Shown piece by piece: positions 32,072 to 40,646 of a stretch of 64,000 bases of DNA (position 1 is its first letter; each line of letters opens with the position of its first letter). The stretch is taken from positions 280 through 64,279 of the forward strand of contig JAFQEL010000034.1 of assembly GCA_017399065.1 (NCBI GenBank), given 5' to 3'. The DNA is from Clostridia bacterium (GTDB lineage Bacteria > Bacillota > Clostridia > Oscillospirales > Acutalibacteraceae). Below the pieces are notes generated by a model. That model ran no database searches and was not told the DNA's origin. It was given only the letters and a program-made list of their open reading frames with translations. The position numbers and the translations under genes are program-made.

Positions 32072-32740
32072 TTATTCTGTAACTTCATCCAAATAGATTG
32101 ATACAAGCATTGTGAATACGATTGCCTGTAAGGCGCAAAACAGAAGTGAAAGCACCATCATTACAACAGGCGCGCCTATGGGGAGAATGTGATAAAGCTC
32201 CTCGGTCACCGTTTCTTCGCCGAAAATGTTACCATAAAGCCTTAATGCCAGAGATGCAGGCTTGATTATTTCATCAAGGAGCATCAGAGGAAGCATAAAG
32301 AACATCGGTGATACAAAACGTTTAAAATAATGCTTGGTATTGTGTTTTATACCCGAAATCTGGAGGAACACAAATGTAACGATACCAAGACCCAAAGTTA
32401 CGGAAAGACTCGCCGTAGGTGCTTTGACATATTCTGTAAGACCTACTCCCGGAATAAGTCCTGAATAGTTCGAGAAAATGATAAAGATAAAAAGCGATGA
32501 TAAAAATGTAAAGTATTTTCTTGCTTTTTTCTTGCCGAGAGTATCTGAAAAGAAATTATCAAGATACTCAACACCGGTTTCAATAATGTTCTGAAATTTA
32601 CCCGGGCGTTCCTTGAGATTTTTCTTTACGACAAGAGAAAGAACTGTAATAACCGCAAGAATAATCCACATAGTTACGACCTCTCCTGTAACGTCGAGAA
32701 AACCAAAAATTTTGAAAAGCACTTCGGATTTTTCACCCAT
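32072..32740 (-). CDS. atpB: Fo ATP synthase a subunit
   Basis: Conserved ..LALRLYGNIFGEE.. arginine helix. Polytopic membrane protein. Confidence 0.9.
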   Translation of the reverse strand: MGEKSEVLFKIFGFLDVTGEVVTMWIILAVITVLSLVVKKNLKERPGKFQNIIETGVEYLDNFFSDTLGKKKARKYFTFLSSLFIFIIFSNYSGLIPGVGLTEYVKAPTASLSVTLGLGIVTFVFLQISGIKHNTKHYFKRFVSPMFFMLPLMLLDEIIKPASLALRLYGNIFGEETVTEELYHILPIGAPVVMMVLSLLFCALQAIVFTMLVSIYLDEVTE

Positions 32741-33059
32741 CTACTTCTTCCTCCTTTCTCTTTTCTTTACTGCGAAGAGTTTCATTAAGGGTGAGAAGCT
32801 TCTTAGTAAAAATAAACATCGGTACTGTTATACCCAAAACAGCGCCAACTAAAAGATACATCGGGTCGTAGTTCGTTTTTTTACTGATAAAATATACAAT
32901 AACAAGAAATGCTATCTGTACTATCTGCCGCAACACCGTTGTAGCAGAATATTTATCAGGGATTTTTGCGAGAACAGTTTTCGATATGAGGTAATTTACG
33001 AATGCCACACCTACACCGACTACCGCCACAACAACCGCACCGATAATATTCGAAATCAT
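32733..33059 (-). CDS. AtpI-like small membrane protein (first gene of the atp operon)
   Basis: 108 aa, about 4 TM helices, 8-bp overlap with atpB, RBS GAAGGTGA. Confidence 0.55.
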   Translation of the reverse strand: MISNIIGAVVVAVVGVGVAFVNYLISKTVLAKIPDKYSATTVLRQIVQIAFLVIVYFISKKTNYDPMYLLVGAVLGITVPMFIFTKKLLTLNETLRSKEKRKEEEVDG

Positions 33060-33340
33060 AAGTTCACCTTCTTGATCCTACTTCGTTTTTTTATTATATT
33101 ATTTTATTATCGTTTTTTCAAGTAAAACACAAATTTTTTAGAGAGGTTTTGATTATGGATGAAAACAAAAATTAATAAATATTATAAAAAGTTGTTTTAA
33201 TTCTAAATTATAAAAATAAATTCCACTTTTGTAAAAATACTATACTTTTTGTCCCCCCAAAAAAAGTTACCCCGAAAAAAATTTATAATAATGTCATCAA
33301 AGATTCAAGCAGGCTTTTTACCTGCATAGGAGGTGCACAA

Positions 33341-33701
33341 ATGGGGCACAGAATACGTGACGGTGACCTTTATAAAATCGCTGTGATTGCGGATAAGAGC
33401 TTAACCACACGCTACGGATATTCTACTGAATCTGAGCGTGAAAAGTGGGAGCCGACTCCGATATATCCCGATTTTATTTCCGAGCCTGTTTACACGGCAA
33501 AGGGAATTCCCTTTGCAACGGCTTATCAGGATGTGTGTGAGCATTATGTCGCCAAACCGAACATTAACAGTGAAAAATGGTGCGATAAAGGCTGTAAGAG
33601 CACTTCACAAAAAAATGTATCCCGATTGGGCTGAAATGATAAACAAGTCAGTCGTGTCAAATCTTTCCGAAAGGAATGCGACGATACATAGAATCTATTA
33701 A
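33341..33701 (+). pseudogene. Unknown-function gene split over two overlapping frames (frameshift at an A5 or A7 tract)
   Basis: Strong RBS AGGAGGTG precedes ATG 33341. Frame 1 ends at 33634. Frame 2 (33438..33701) continues with a natural-looking helix ..NGAIKAVRALHKKMYPDWAEMINKSVV... Homopolymers gaaaaatgg and cacaaaaaaatg lie in the overlap. Confidence 0.45.
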
Positions 33702-33728
33702 ATTTATATATAAAACTCTATTTTAAGC

Positions 33729-33798
33729 AAAAAAATTGAGTATTCACAGGTCAAATCCCTTATGAATACTCAATATGGTCGGAGTGACGGGACTTGAA
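33729..33798 (-). repeat. Proximal copy of the 70-bp direct repeat (tRNA-Pro 3' end plus terminator)
   Basis: Identical to 26178-26247. Includes the tRNA terminator ATTGAGTATTCA..TGAATACTCAAT plus U7 on the minus strand. Confidence 0.9.
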
Positions 33799-33852
33799 CC
33801 CATGGCCTCTTGGTCCCGAACCAAGCGCGATACCAAACTTCGCCACACCCCG
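33776..33852 (-). tRNA. tRNA-Pro (anticodon CGG), CCA encoded
   Basis: Hand-folded. Acceptor CGGGGTG/CACTCCG, D arm GCGA-AGTTTGGTA-TCGC, anticodon arm CTTGG-TTCGGGA-CCAAG (CGG, G37), variable loop AGGCC, T arm ATGGG-TTCAAGT-CCCGT, discriminator A, CCA. 77 nt. Confidence 0.9.
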
Positions 33853-33881
33853 GAATATGTTGCCTTTCAGACAGCTTGATT

Positions 33882-33910
33882 ATTATATATTAAACGGTTT
33901 AAAAAATCAA
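33882..33910 (-). promoter_or_regulatory. Candidate promoter for tRNA-Pro
   Basis: Minus strand TTGATT, 17-nt spacer, TATAAT, about 25 nt upstream of the tRNA 5' end. The AT-rich context gives modest specificity. Confidence 0.35.
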
Positions 33911-33948
33911 GTGTTTTCGATAAATTTATTGCAACATATTATATGAAC

Positions 33949-34953
33949 TTAATCAAATATCGGGTAATCACGGTAAAAGTTAAGTTTGGTTATATACGTA
34001 CATCTCGGTTTTGCGAAAAAGTCAGCATTATCGGTTGCGTGGTAAACCATATAGATATCACCGTTGTCACGGTATAGGAAACTGCAATGACCGGGGTGGT
34101 AAAGATCTTTATCGGACTGAGCCGAAAAAACACTAACCGGACTTTTGTACCAGCTTCGATTATCAGCAGGGTTATCACCGACAAGCGACAACAAACCAAG
34201 GCAATAATCGCCCGATGAATAACCGCTCGCAGAATAGACTATATAGACATCTTCATTCCTATAAAGCACGGCTGGGCCTTCGTTAACCCACCAACCTTTT
34301 TTCTCCCATTTATACTGAGGTTTTGAAATGATTTCTGTTTTGGCATCCGCTTTGAGAGTATATGGATTTTCCATTTTGGTAACGGTAATACACTGATGCG
34401 CAGGTGCAAGGTAAGAAGAGCTGACATAATACAGCTTGCCGCCGTATTTAAGATATGTGCCGTCAATATTATTCATTCCGTCAGGGGCAAGTCTGCCTTT
34501 ATATTCATAATCGCCGAATATATCATCTGTTTTACTCTCGAGCACAAAACCGTAGCGGTAATAATCGGTATGCTCTTCATTTACTTCAGCATAAGGCATT
34601 GTACCCGCAGGCACGGCTGAGGAATCAAACTGAGCACACGAAACTATATACCACCTGTCCCCTATTTTATGAATTTCAGGTGCCCAGATACTGTGTAATA
34701 TACCATTGCTGCCTTCGGAGTACACTGTTTTTTCTTCAAGCACTGTAAGATTGTTAATACTGTTGACTTTTCTTATCACAATACCCGAGCCTGTTGTATA
34801 GGTATAATACGTGCTGCCGTTATCCTCTACAATAAACGGATCGCCTCCGTTTTGAGCATCGGCAGGTTTATATTCCTTTGTTGTACCGAACACACCTAAA
34901 AGCTGACAGATAAAAACGATAACAGCTACAAAAAACTTTGAAACAGCAGACAT
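33949..34953 (-). CDS. Secreted glycoside hydrolase family 43 (five-bladed beta-propeller)
   Basis: Signal peptide. GGDPFIVEDNG (catalytic Asp), WAPEIHKIGDRWY, VNEGPAVLY (catalytic Glu). Confidence 0.8.
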   Translation of the reverse strand: MSAVSKFFVAVIVFICQLLGVFGTTKEYKPADAQNGGDPFIVEDNGSTYYTYTTGSGIVIRKVNSINNLTVLEEKTVYSEGSNGILHSIWAPEIHKIGDRWYIVSCAQFDSSAVPAGTMPYAEVNEEHTDYYRYGFVLESKTDDIFGDYEYKGRLAPDGMNNIDGTYLKYGGKLYYVSSSYLAPAHQCITVTKMENPYTLKADAKTEIISKPQYKWEKKGWWVNEGPAVLYRNEDVYIVYSASGYSSGDYCLGLLSLVGDNPADNRSWYKSPVSVFSAQSDKDLYHPGHCSFLYRDNGDIYMVYHATDNADFFAKPRCTYITKLNFYRDYPIFD

Positions 34954-35093
34954 AATACACCTCCAAAATACAGTTATATTTCTATTTTAGCTCAATAAAT
35001 CAAAAATCGCAAGACCTTAATATTATTGTTGATAAATTATTATGTTTTGTGGTATTATTTAATAAAAACAGACAACTCTACGAGGAGAAGGCT

Positions 35094-36443
35094 ATGAAAA
35101 TTCTTGTATTAAACGGCAGCCCTAAGGGCAAATACAGCGTAACGCTTCAGACAACAAACTACCTGCAAAAGCTTTATCCCGATCACAGCTTTGAGGTGCT
35201 TGACGTAGGTCACAAAATCAAGGCACTTGAGAGAGATTTCTCCCCTGCTCTTGAGGCTATAGAAAAAGCAGAGGTACTGCTTTTTTCATACCCGGTATAT
35301 ACGTTTATCGCACCGTACCAGCTTCACAGATTCATAGAACTTTTAAAGCAGAGCAAGATTTCACTTACAGGAAAATATGCAACTCAGATTACAACATCAA
35401 AGCATTTTTACGATGTAACCGCACTCAGATACATACAGGACAACTGTGCAGATCTCGGTCTTAAATATATAAAAGGTCTGTCCGCCGATATGGATGACCT
35501 GCTGACAGAAAAGGGTCAGAAAGAGGCTTGCGGTTTTCTTGAGTTTGTTGCATACAGCGTAAAAAACGAAATATACGAAAAGCCGTCTGTAATTAACACG
35601 CCGGCAATACACAGATCTGTTTCAATACCTGCAGATAGCGAAGATAACAAAGACGGCGATATTGCAATCATCACCAACTGTGAAAAAGATGATGAACAGT
35701 TAAAAAGTATGATTGCTCGTTTTCAAGCTAAGTGTGCACGTAAAACAAGAGTTATAAACATTGCCGAATATAATTTCAAGGGTGGCTGTCTCGGCTGCCT
35801 TAACTGCGCCGTTTCCGGCAAATGCGTATACAAAGACGGTTTTGACGAATTTTTACGCGGCACGATTCAGACCGCAGAGGCTATAGTAATAGCTTTCTCA
35901 ATAAAAGACCACTCAATGGGTGCTTCCTTCAAGCTGTATGACGACAGACAGTTTTGTAACGGTCACCGCGCCGTTACTATGGGTATGCCGTTTGGTTACC
36001 TTATCAGCGGCAATTACAGCGAAGAATACAACCTGCAAATGATTGTTGAGGGACGCGCACAGGTAGGCGGCAACTTCCTTGCAGGCGTTGCAACCGACGA
36101 AACTGACCCTGACAGCGAAATTGATAAGCTTGCACAAACACTAGAGTATTCACTGTCATCAAAATATGTACCGCCGCAGAATTTTTACGGTGTAGGCGGA
36201 ACAAAGATCTTTCGTGACCTTATATGGCAGATGCAGGGTATTATGAAGGCTGACCACAAATTTTACAAATCACACGGTCAGTATGATTTCCCTCAAAAGA
36301 AACGAGGAAGAATGCTGCTTATGTATCTCGCAGGTATAGCAATGTCGTCTGATGCGATAAAAGCAAAAATGGGCAATATGATGAACGAAGGTATGCTGAT
36401 GCCTTACAAGAAACTGCTTGATAAAACGGAGACAAAGAAATGA
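35094..36443 (+). CDS. Tandem flavodoxin-like NAD(P)H-dependent oxidoreductase with a Cys cluster
   Basis: MKILVLNGSPKGKYS.. is an FMN-reductase type N-terminus. A second flavodoxin-like half carries GGCLGCLNCAVSGKC. ATG 35094 after GAGGAG is preferred over the track's GTG 35049. Confidence 0.65.
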   Translation: MKILVLNGSPKGKYSVTLQTTNYLQKLYPDHSFEVLDVGHKIKALERDFSPALEAIEKAEVLLFSYPVYTFIAPYQLHRFIELLKQSKISLTGKYATQITTSKHFYDVTALRYIQDNCADLGLKYIKGLSADMDDLLTEKGQKEACGFLEFVAYSVKNEIYEKPSVINTPAIHRSVSIPADSEDNKDGDIAIITNCEKDDEQLKSMIARFQAKCARKTRVINIAEYNFKGGCLGCLNCAVSGKCVYKDGFDEFLRGTIQTAEAIVIAFSIKDHSMGASFKLYDDRQFCNGHRAVTMGMPFGYLISGNYSEEYNLQMIVEGRAQVGGNFLAGVATDETDPDSEIDKLAQTLEYSLSSKYVPPQNFYGVGGTKIFRDLIWQMQGIMKADHKFYKSHGQYDFPQKKRGRMLLMYLAGIAMSSDAIKAKMGNMMNEGMLMPYKKLLDKTETKK

Positions 36444-37162
36444 AAAAATCTGTAAAATCTCTGATTTGCGTAATCGTCGCAGTTGCTGTGATTTCGGGTG
36501 CTTTTGCTATTTATGTATCTGACTACTACCGTGCAGATTATGCAGCTGTATCAGATTTTAAAATTGAAGAAAATATAACCGTAACAACAGCTGATAACAA
36601 GATAATTTATGCACCGCAGGAATCGGATTCACTGTTGATATTTTATCCCGGTGGAAAAGTAGATCACACAGCTTATGATCCGCTTATGGAAGCCTGTGCT
36701 TCAAAAGGTATAACCTGCGTTCTTTTTGATATGCCTTTTAATCTTGCCGTGTTTGACATTAATGCCGCAGATTCAATAAAAACAATGTTTCCCGATATTG
36801 AAAAATGCTACATAGGCGGCCATTCGCTCGGCGGCTCAATGGCAGCAGCATATCTTGCAGACAACACAGCAGATTTTGACGGACTTGTTTTGCTTGGCTC
36901 ATATTCTACAGAAGATTTCAGCGATAGCGGAATTGAAGTGCTTTCTGTTTACGGCAGCGAAGACAAAGTGCTCAACAAAGAAAAATACGAAGAAAACAAG
37001 TCTAATCTGCCTGAAGGCTTTGAAGAATTTATTATAGAGGGTGGATGTCACGCATATTTCGGTATGTACGGTGCGCAGGACGGCGACGGTACACCTTCAA
37101 TCAGCAACAAAGAACAGATTATGATTACTGCCAAAGAAATAGCGGAATTTATATATGAATGA
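36440..37162 (+). CDS. Membrane-anchored alpha/beta hydrolase
   Basis: N-terminal TM helix, GGHSLGG nucleophile elbow, ..GGCHAYF... Confidence 0.65.
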   Translation: MKKSVKSLICVIVAVAVISGAFAIYVSDYYRADYAAVSDFKIEENITVTTADNKIIYAPQESDSLLIFYPGGKVDHTAYDPLMEACASKGITCVLFDMPFNLAVFDINAADSIKTMFPDIEKCYIGGHSLGGSMAAAYLADNTADFDGLVLLGSYSTEDFSDSGIEVLSVYGSEDKVLNKEKYEENKSNLPEGFEEFIIEGGCHAYFGMYGAQDGDGTPSISNKEQIMITAKEIAEFIYE

Positions 37163-37227
37163 GGTGATCTGAAATAAAAAGGGTTATTTCACTTATACTT
37201 GCAATTATACAGTTTTGTTTCTTACCC

Positions 37228-38586
37228 TTGAACTCAGCATTGGGGAGGCATGAAATTTTGATTGACACAGCTACAAAATATCAAACCTTTGAAGAATTCG
37301 GTACCAGCTCGTGCTGGTGGGCTCAGACTGTAAACACAGCCGAGGAAGCAGATGAAATTGCTAAAAGGCTGTACAGCGAAGAAGAAGGACTCGGGCTCAA
37401 AATATTCCGATACAACATCGGAGGTGGTGAGGCTGATAACCCTGAGTGCAGAATATGGGATGTAACACGCCGCACAGAGAGCTTCTATGTGCTTAACAAA
37501 GAAACCGGTGAATACGAATACGATTTCACACGCGATGCAAACGCCAGACGTGTGATGGATTATGCCGTAAAATACGGTGCGGAAAAGATTATACTTTTCT
37601 GCAACAGCCCTCATTTTTCAATGACAAAGAGCGGTCACGCTTCGGGCGGACTTGAACAGTATTCATCAAACCTGCCGAGAGAAAACTATATGGCATTTGT
37701 TGACTATGTGCTGACTATAGCCGATTGGTTCGTTGAGCAGGGATACCCGATTTATGCTGTCTCCCCTATCAATGAGCCGATGTGGAGCTGGGGCGGCGAA
37801 TGGGTAGGTCAGGAAGGCTGCCATTACACAGCAGATGAAACGGTTGAGCTGCTTGAAATGTTTGCTGTAGAAATGCAAAAGCGCAACTCACCGTACAAAC
37901 TCAACGGACCCGAAAGCGGAGAAATGAGCTGGGCATATTATGAATATGTCGAGAAGTTTTTCGCAAGCGAAATACTCACCGATTTCTGCGGCACATACAG
38001 TGGTCACTCCTACTGGATGGATACAAAGAGTGAAGAAAAAGAAGAAATCGGTAAAGATTTCAAGAAGAAATACCGCGACAAAAAATACGAAATGAGCGAA
38101 TGGTGCGAATTACCTCTGACCCTTGACAGCACAACTATTGACAGCGGTATTTATATGGCACAGGTTATTGTTGATGACCTGACAAAAATGAATGCTGTTT
38201 CGTGGCAGAGTTGGACAGCCGTAAACGGTGACGGTCTGCTGGACAGAAACGCCGAAGGTGAGCTTATTACATACAACCGCTACTATGCTTTCAAGCATTT
38301 CACTTCGTTCATAAAACCCGGTATGGTGAGAATTCGTACAATCGACAATTTCAAAGAGGAATCTTCACTCAAAACCGTTGCTTTCAAGGACAAAGATACG
38401 ATAGTTGTTGTAATAGTAAACTCTGCAGAAGCTGATGAAAACATCAAGCTCGGCGGCATGCTCGGCAATGCTGAAATATACCTGACAGACAGTACTCACA
38501 ACTGTAAAAAGGTATATGAAGGCGAATTCGAGCCGAATATAACAGTACCTGCAAAGAGTATTATGACGGTTTGTATAACCCTATAA
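37228..38586 (+). CDS. GH30-family (Glyco_hydr_30_2-like) glycoside hydrolase; 5' end uncertain
   Basis: EEFGTSSCWW, YNIGGGE, SPINEP (acid/base) and MSEWCE (nucleophile) are spaced as in clan GH-A/GH30. The frame is open from 37168 and encodes a signal-peptide-like stretch with no ATG, GTG or TTG codon (see findings). In-frame TTG codons lie at 37228, 37240 and 37258. Confidence 0.55.
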   Translation: MNSALGRHEILIDTATKYQTFEEFGTSSCWWAQTVNTAEEADEIAKRLYSEEEGLGLKIFRYNIGGGEADNPECRIWDVTRRTESFYVLNKETGEYEYDFTRDANARRVMDYAVKYGAEKIILFCNSPHFSMTKSGHASGGLEQYSSNLPRENYMAFVDYVLTIADWFVEQGYPIYAVSPINEPMWSWGGEWVGQEGCHYTADETVELLEMFAVEMQKRNSPYKLNGPESGEMSWAYYEYVEKFFASEILTDFCGTYSGHSYWMDTKSEEKEEIGKDFKKKYRDKKYEMSEWCELPLTLDSTTIDSGIYMAQVIVDDLTKMNAVSWQSWTAVNGDGLLDRNAEGELITYNRYYAFKHFTSFIKPGMVRIRTIDNFKEESSLKTVAFKDKDTIVVVIVNSAEADENIKLGGMLGNAEIYLTDSTHNCKKVYEGEFEPNITVPAKSIMTVCITL

Positions 38587-38600
38587 AGGAGATTCACTTT

Positions 38601-39008
38601 ATGAGACAAATAGAATTACTTCATTCAGTAGCAAGCCTTTTTGATTTCAAGGTTATTAATGATAAAGACGGTAACGAATATGTTCTTTTAAGTAAAAACC
38701 ATATAAATCACATCGATGAAACTATCGAAGACAAAACTGCATTTGAAGCATTTGAAAACCACGAACATATTTCTGCTAATATTAAAAAGTCTGATTTTGA
38801 AAACGCTTGTTATATTGGAGAAATGCTTGGCAAAACACTGCTTTTATCACTTAAGCAAACATTTCCAAATAAGAGTTTTATTGTTTTTTCCGATGTTCAT
38901 TACGATGAAATAATCATCAAATTTCATCAAAAATGGAATAACGAACCTTTTTACTATGATGTATATACAGATTACGGAAACGAAAGCAAACTTTTTGCAT
39001 TTGAATAA
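38601..39008 (+). CDS. Hypothetical cytoplasmic protein (135 aa)
   Basis: ATG 38601 lies 9 nt after AAGGAG. The track's 38571 start overlaps the upstream gene. Confidence 0.5.
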   Translation: MRQIELLHSVASLFDFKVINDKDGNEYVLLSKNHINHIDETIEDKTAFEAFENHEHISANIKKSDFENACYIGEMLGKTLLLSLKQTFPNKSFIVFSDVHYDEIIIKFHQKWNNEPFYYDVYTDYGNESKLFAFE

Positions 39009-39031
39009 TATTCTAAAAGGAGTTTAATTAT

Positions 39032-39217
39032 ATGTTAAAAAAAGATAACCGATTTGAAAAAGTATACAGCCAGGGCTCATTAAGCGGTGTAGAGATACTC
39101 GTTGACAAAGAAACAGGCGTAAATTACATATTCGGATACAACGGATATGCAGGCGGTATGACCGTGCTGCTTGACAAATACGGCAAGCCTGTTATAACAC
39201 CGATTGAAAATGATTAA
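39032..39217 (+). CDS. Small DUF6440-like protein (61 aa)
   Basis: ..ILVDKETGVNYIFGYNGYAGGMTVLLDKYGKPV.. matches my recollection of the DUF6440 family. Good RBS AAAGGAG. Confidence 0.55.
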   Translation: MLKKDNRFEKVYSQGSLSGVEILVDKETGVNYIFGYNGYAGGMTVLLDKYGKPVITPIEND

Positions 39218-39221
39218 GCAT

Positions 39222-39260
39222 ATGGTCTGTCCTTCGTTCAAGGGCAGACCATTAAATTTT
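39222..39260 (+). terminator. Terminator hairpin
   Basis: ATGGTCTG..CAGACCAT stem followed by a T-rich tail. Confidence 0.45.
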
Positions 39261-39335
39261 ATTATTCTATTGTAAACCAGATTTATATTATGATAGAATA
39301 TTGCTGTAAAGAACAATAAGAAAGAAGTTGTAACT

Positions 39336-40640
39336 ATGAAGCCGTTCAGTTTTTATCTGCTTACCGATACGCATTATTTTGAGCAGACGCTTGGTGCAGA
39401 AGGCAAAGCATTTGACGAATATATGAAACGCGAACAGTATTTTATGAAGGAAAGCGATGCAATTATTGAATCCGTATTCAAAAAAATTGCCGAGGATAAA
39501 GAAACGGATATTGTTATAATTCCCGGTGACCTTACAAAGAACGGAGAAAAAGAGAGCCACACAAGCTTCATCAAGCACCTTTATAAGTTGAAGGAAAGCG
39601 GTAAAAAGATATATGTAATAACCGCAGGCCACGATTACAACGAATACTCATTCGGATATAAAAATGACGAGCGTATTGTAGTTGAAGGTACCTCTTTTGA
39701 TGAGCTTTACGATATGTATTATGATTTCGGATACAGTGATGCTCTTGAATTTGACAAAAGAACACATTCTTACATAACTGAAATTGTTGACGGTGTCAGA
39801 ATGCTTGCAATAAACTGTGACAGCTTCAACAACCCCAAGGGTGCTATGGATGACGAGCTTATTTCCTGGGCAAAGGTACAGCTTGACAAAGCAAAAGAAG
39901 ACGGCTGCTCCGTTTTTGCAATCTGCCACTACCCTGTTATCCCTTCTTTACCCGTATTCGACCTTGTAGGTGATGCTAAAATTAAGCAGTGGCGCAAGGT
40001 TGCTTCATTTCTTGCAGATAACGGCGTTGAGCTTATTCTGACAGGACATATGCATATACAAAGCATAAATGAGTATTACAGCGAAAAAGGCAACAGACTC
40101 ATAGATATCTGCACCTCCTGCCTTGTCGGCAGCCCTGCAAAATACCGTAAAATAACCGTTGATGAAAAATCGGTTATGAAGGTGGAGAGTATCGGCGTTG
40201 ACTGTTTTGATCAGGAATACTTTGACAAGCAGTTCGGTGACGCTATAGTCAACCGTATTTCAAACGCACTCAGCGGCGGAAAAGGCATTGTAAAGCTTCT
40301 TAAAAAGCTTGAAAAAAAGATATATAAAAAAGCTACTTTAGGAGCACTTTCACGTTTACTTTGGATAAAAATTGACAAATCACTCAGAAAGAAAAAGCTC
40401 ACCGAGCTTGTCGGTGAAATCGGACTTGCAATTTTTGCAGGCGACCAGCCTTATGTTGAAGGCACGCCCGAATATGATATGATTTTCAAAGCACTTAAAA
40501 GATTCTCGTTCATTATAAAGAAATTTGAGCCAAAGCTTGAAAAAGACGGCATAAAAGTTAATCTTACCGAAATGATTATAAACACGATCGGAAATAATAA
40601 AGGCTATTCAGACCTCAATACTGAATTCATACTCAAATAA
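39336..40640 (+). CDS. Calcineurin-like metallophosphoesterase (cytoplasmic)
   Basis: LTDTHY, PGDLTKNGE, AGHDYN, CHYP, TGHMH. Confidence 0.7.
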   Translation: MKPFSFYLLTDTHYFEQTLGAEGKAFDEYMKREQYFMKESDAIIESVFKKIAEDKETDIVIIPGDLTKNGEKESHTSFIKHLYKLKESGKKIYVITAGHDYNEYSFGYKNDERIVVEGTSFDELYDMYYDFGYSDALEFDKRTHSYITEIVDGVRMLAINCDSFNNPKGAMDDELISWAKVQLDKAKEDGCSVFAICHYPVIPSLPVFDLVGDAKIKQWRKVASFLADNGVELILTGHMHIQSINEYYSEKGNRLIDICTSCLVGSPAKYRKITVDEKSVMKVESIGVDCFDQEYFDKQFGDAIVNRISNALSGGKGIVKLLKKLEKKIYKKATLGALSRLLWIKIDKSLRKKKLTELVGEIGLAIFAGDQPYVEGTPEYDMIFKALKRFSFIIKKFEPKLEKDGIKVNLTEMIINTIGNNKGYSDLNTEFILK

Positions 40641-40646
40641 ATACAG

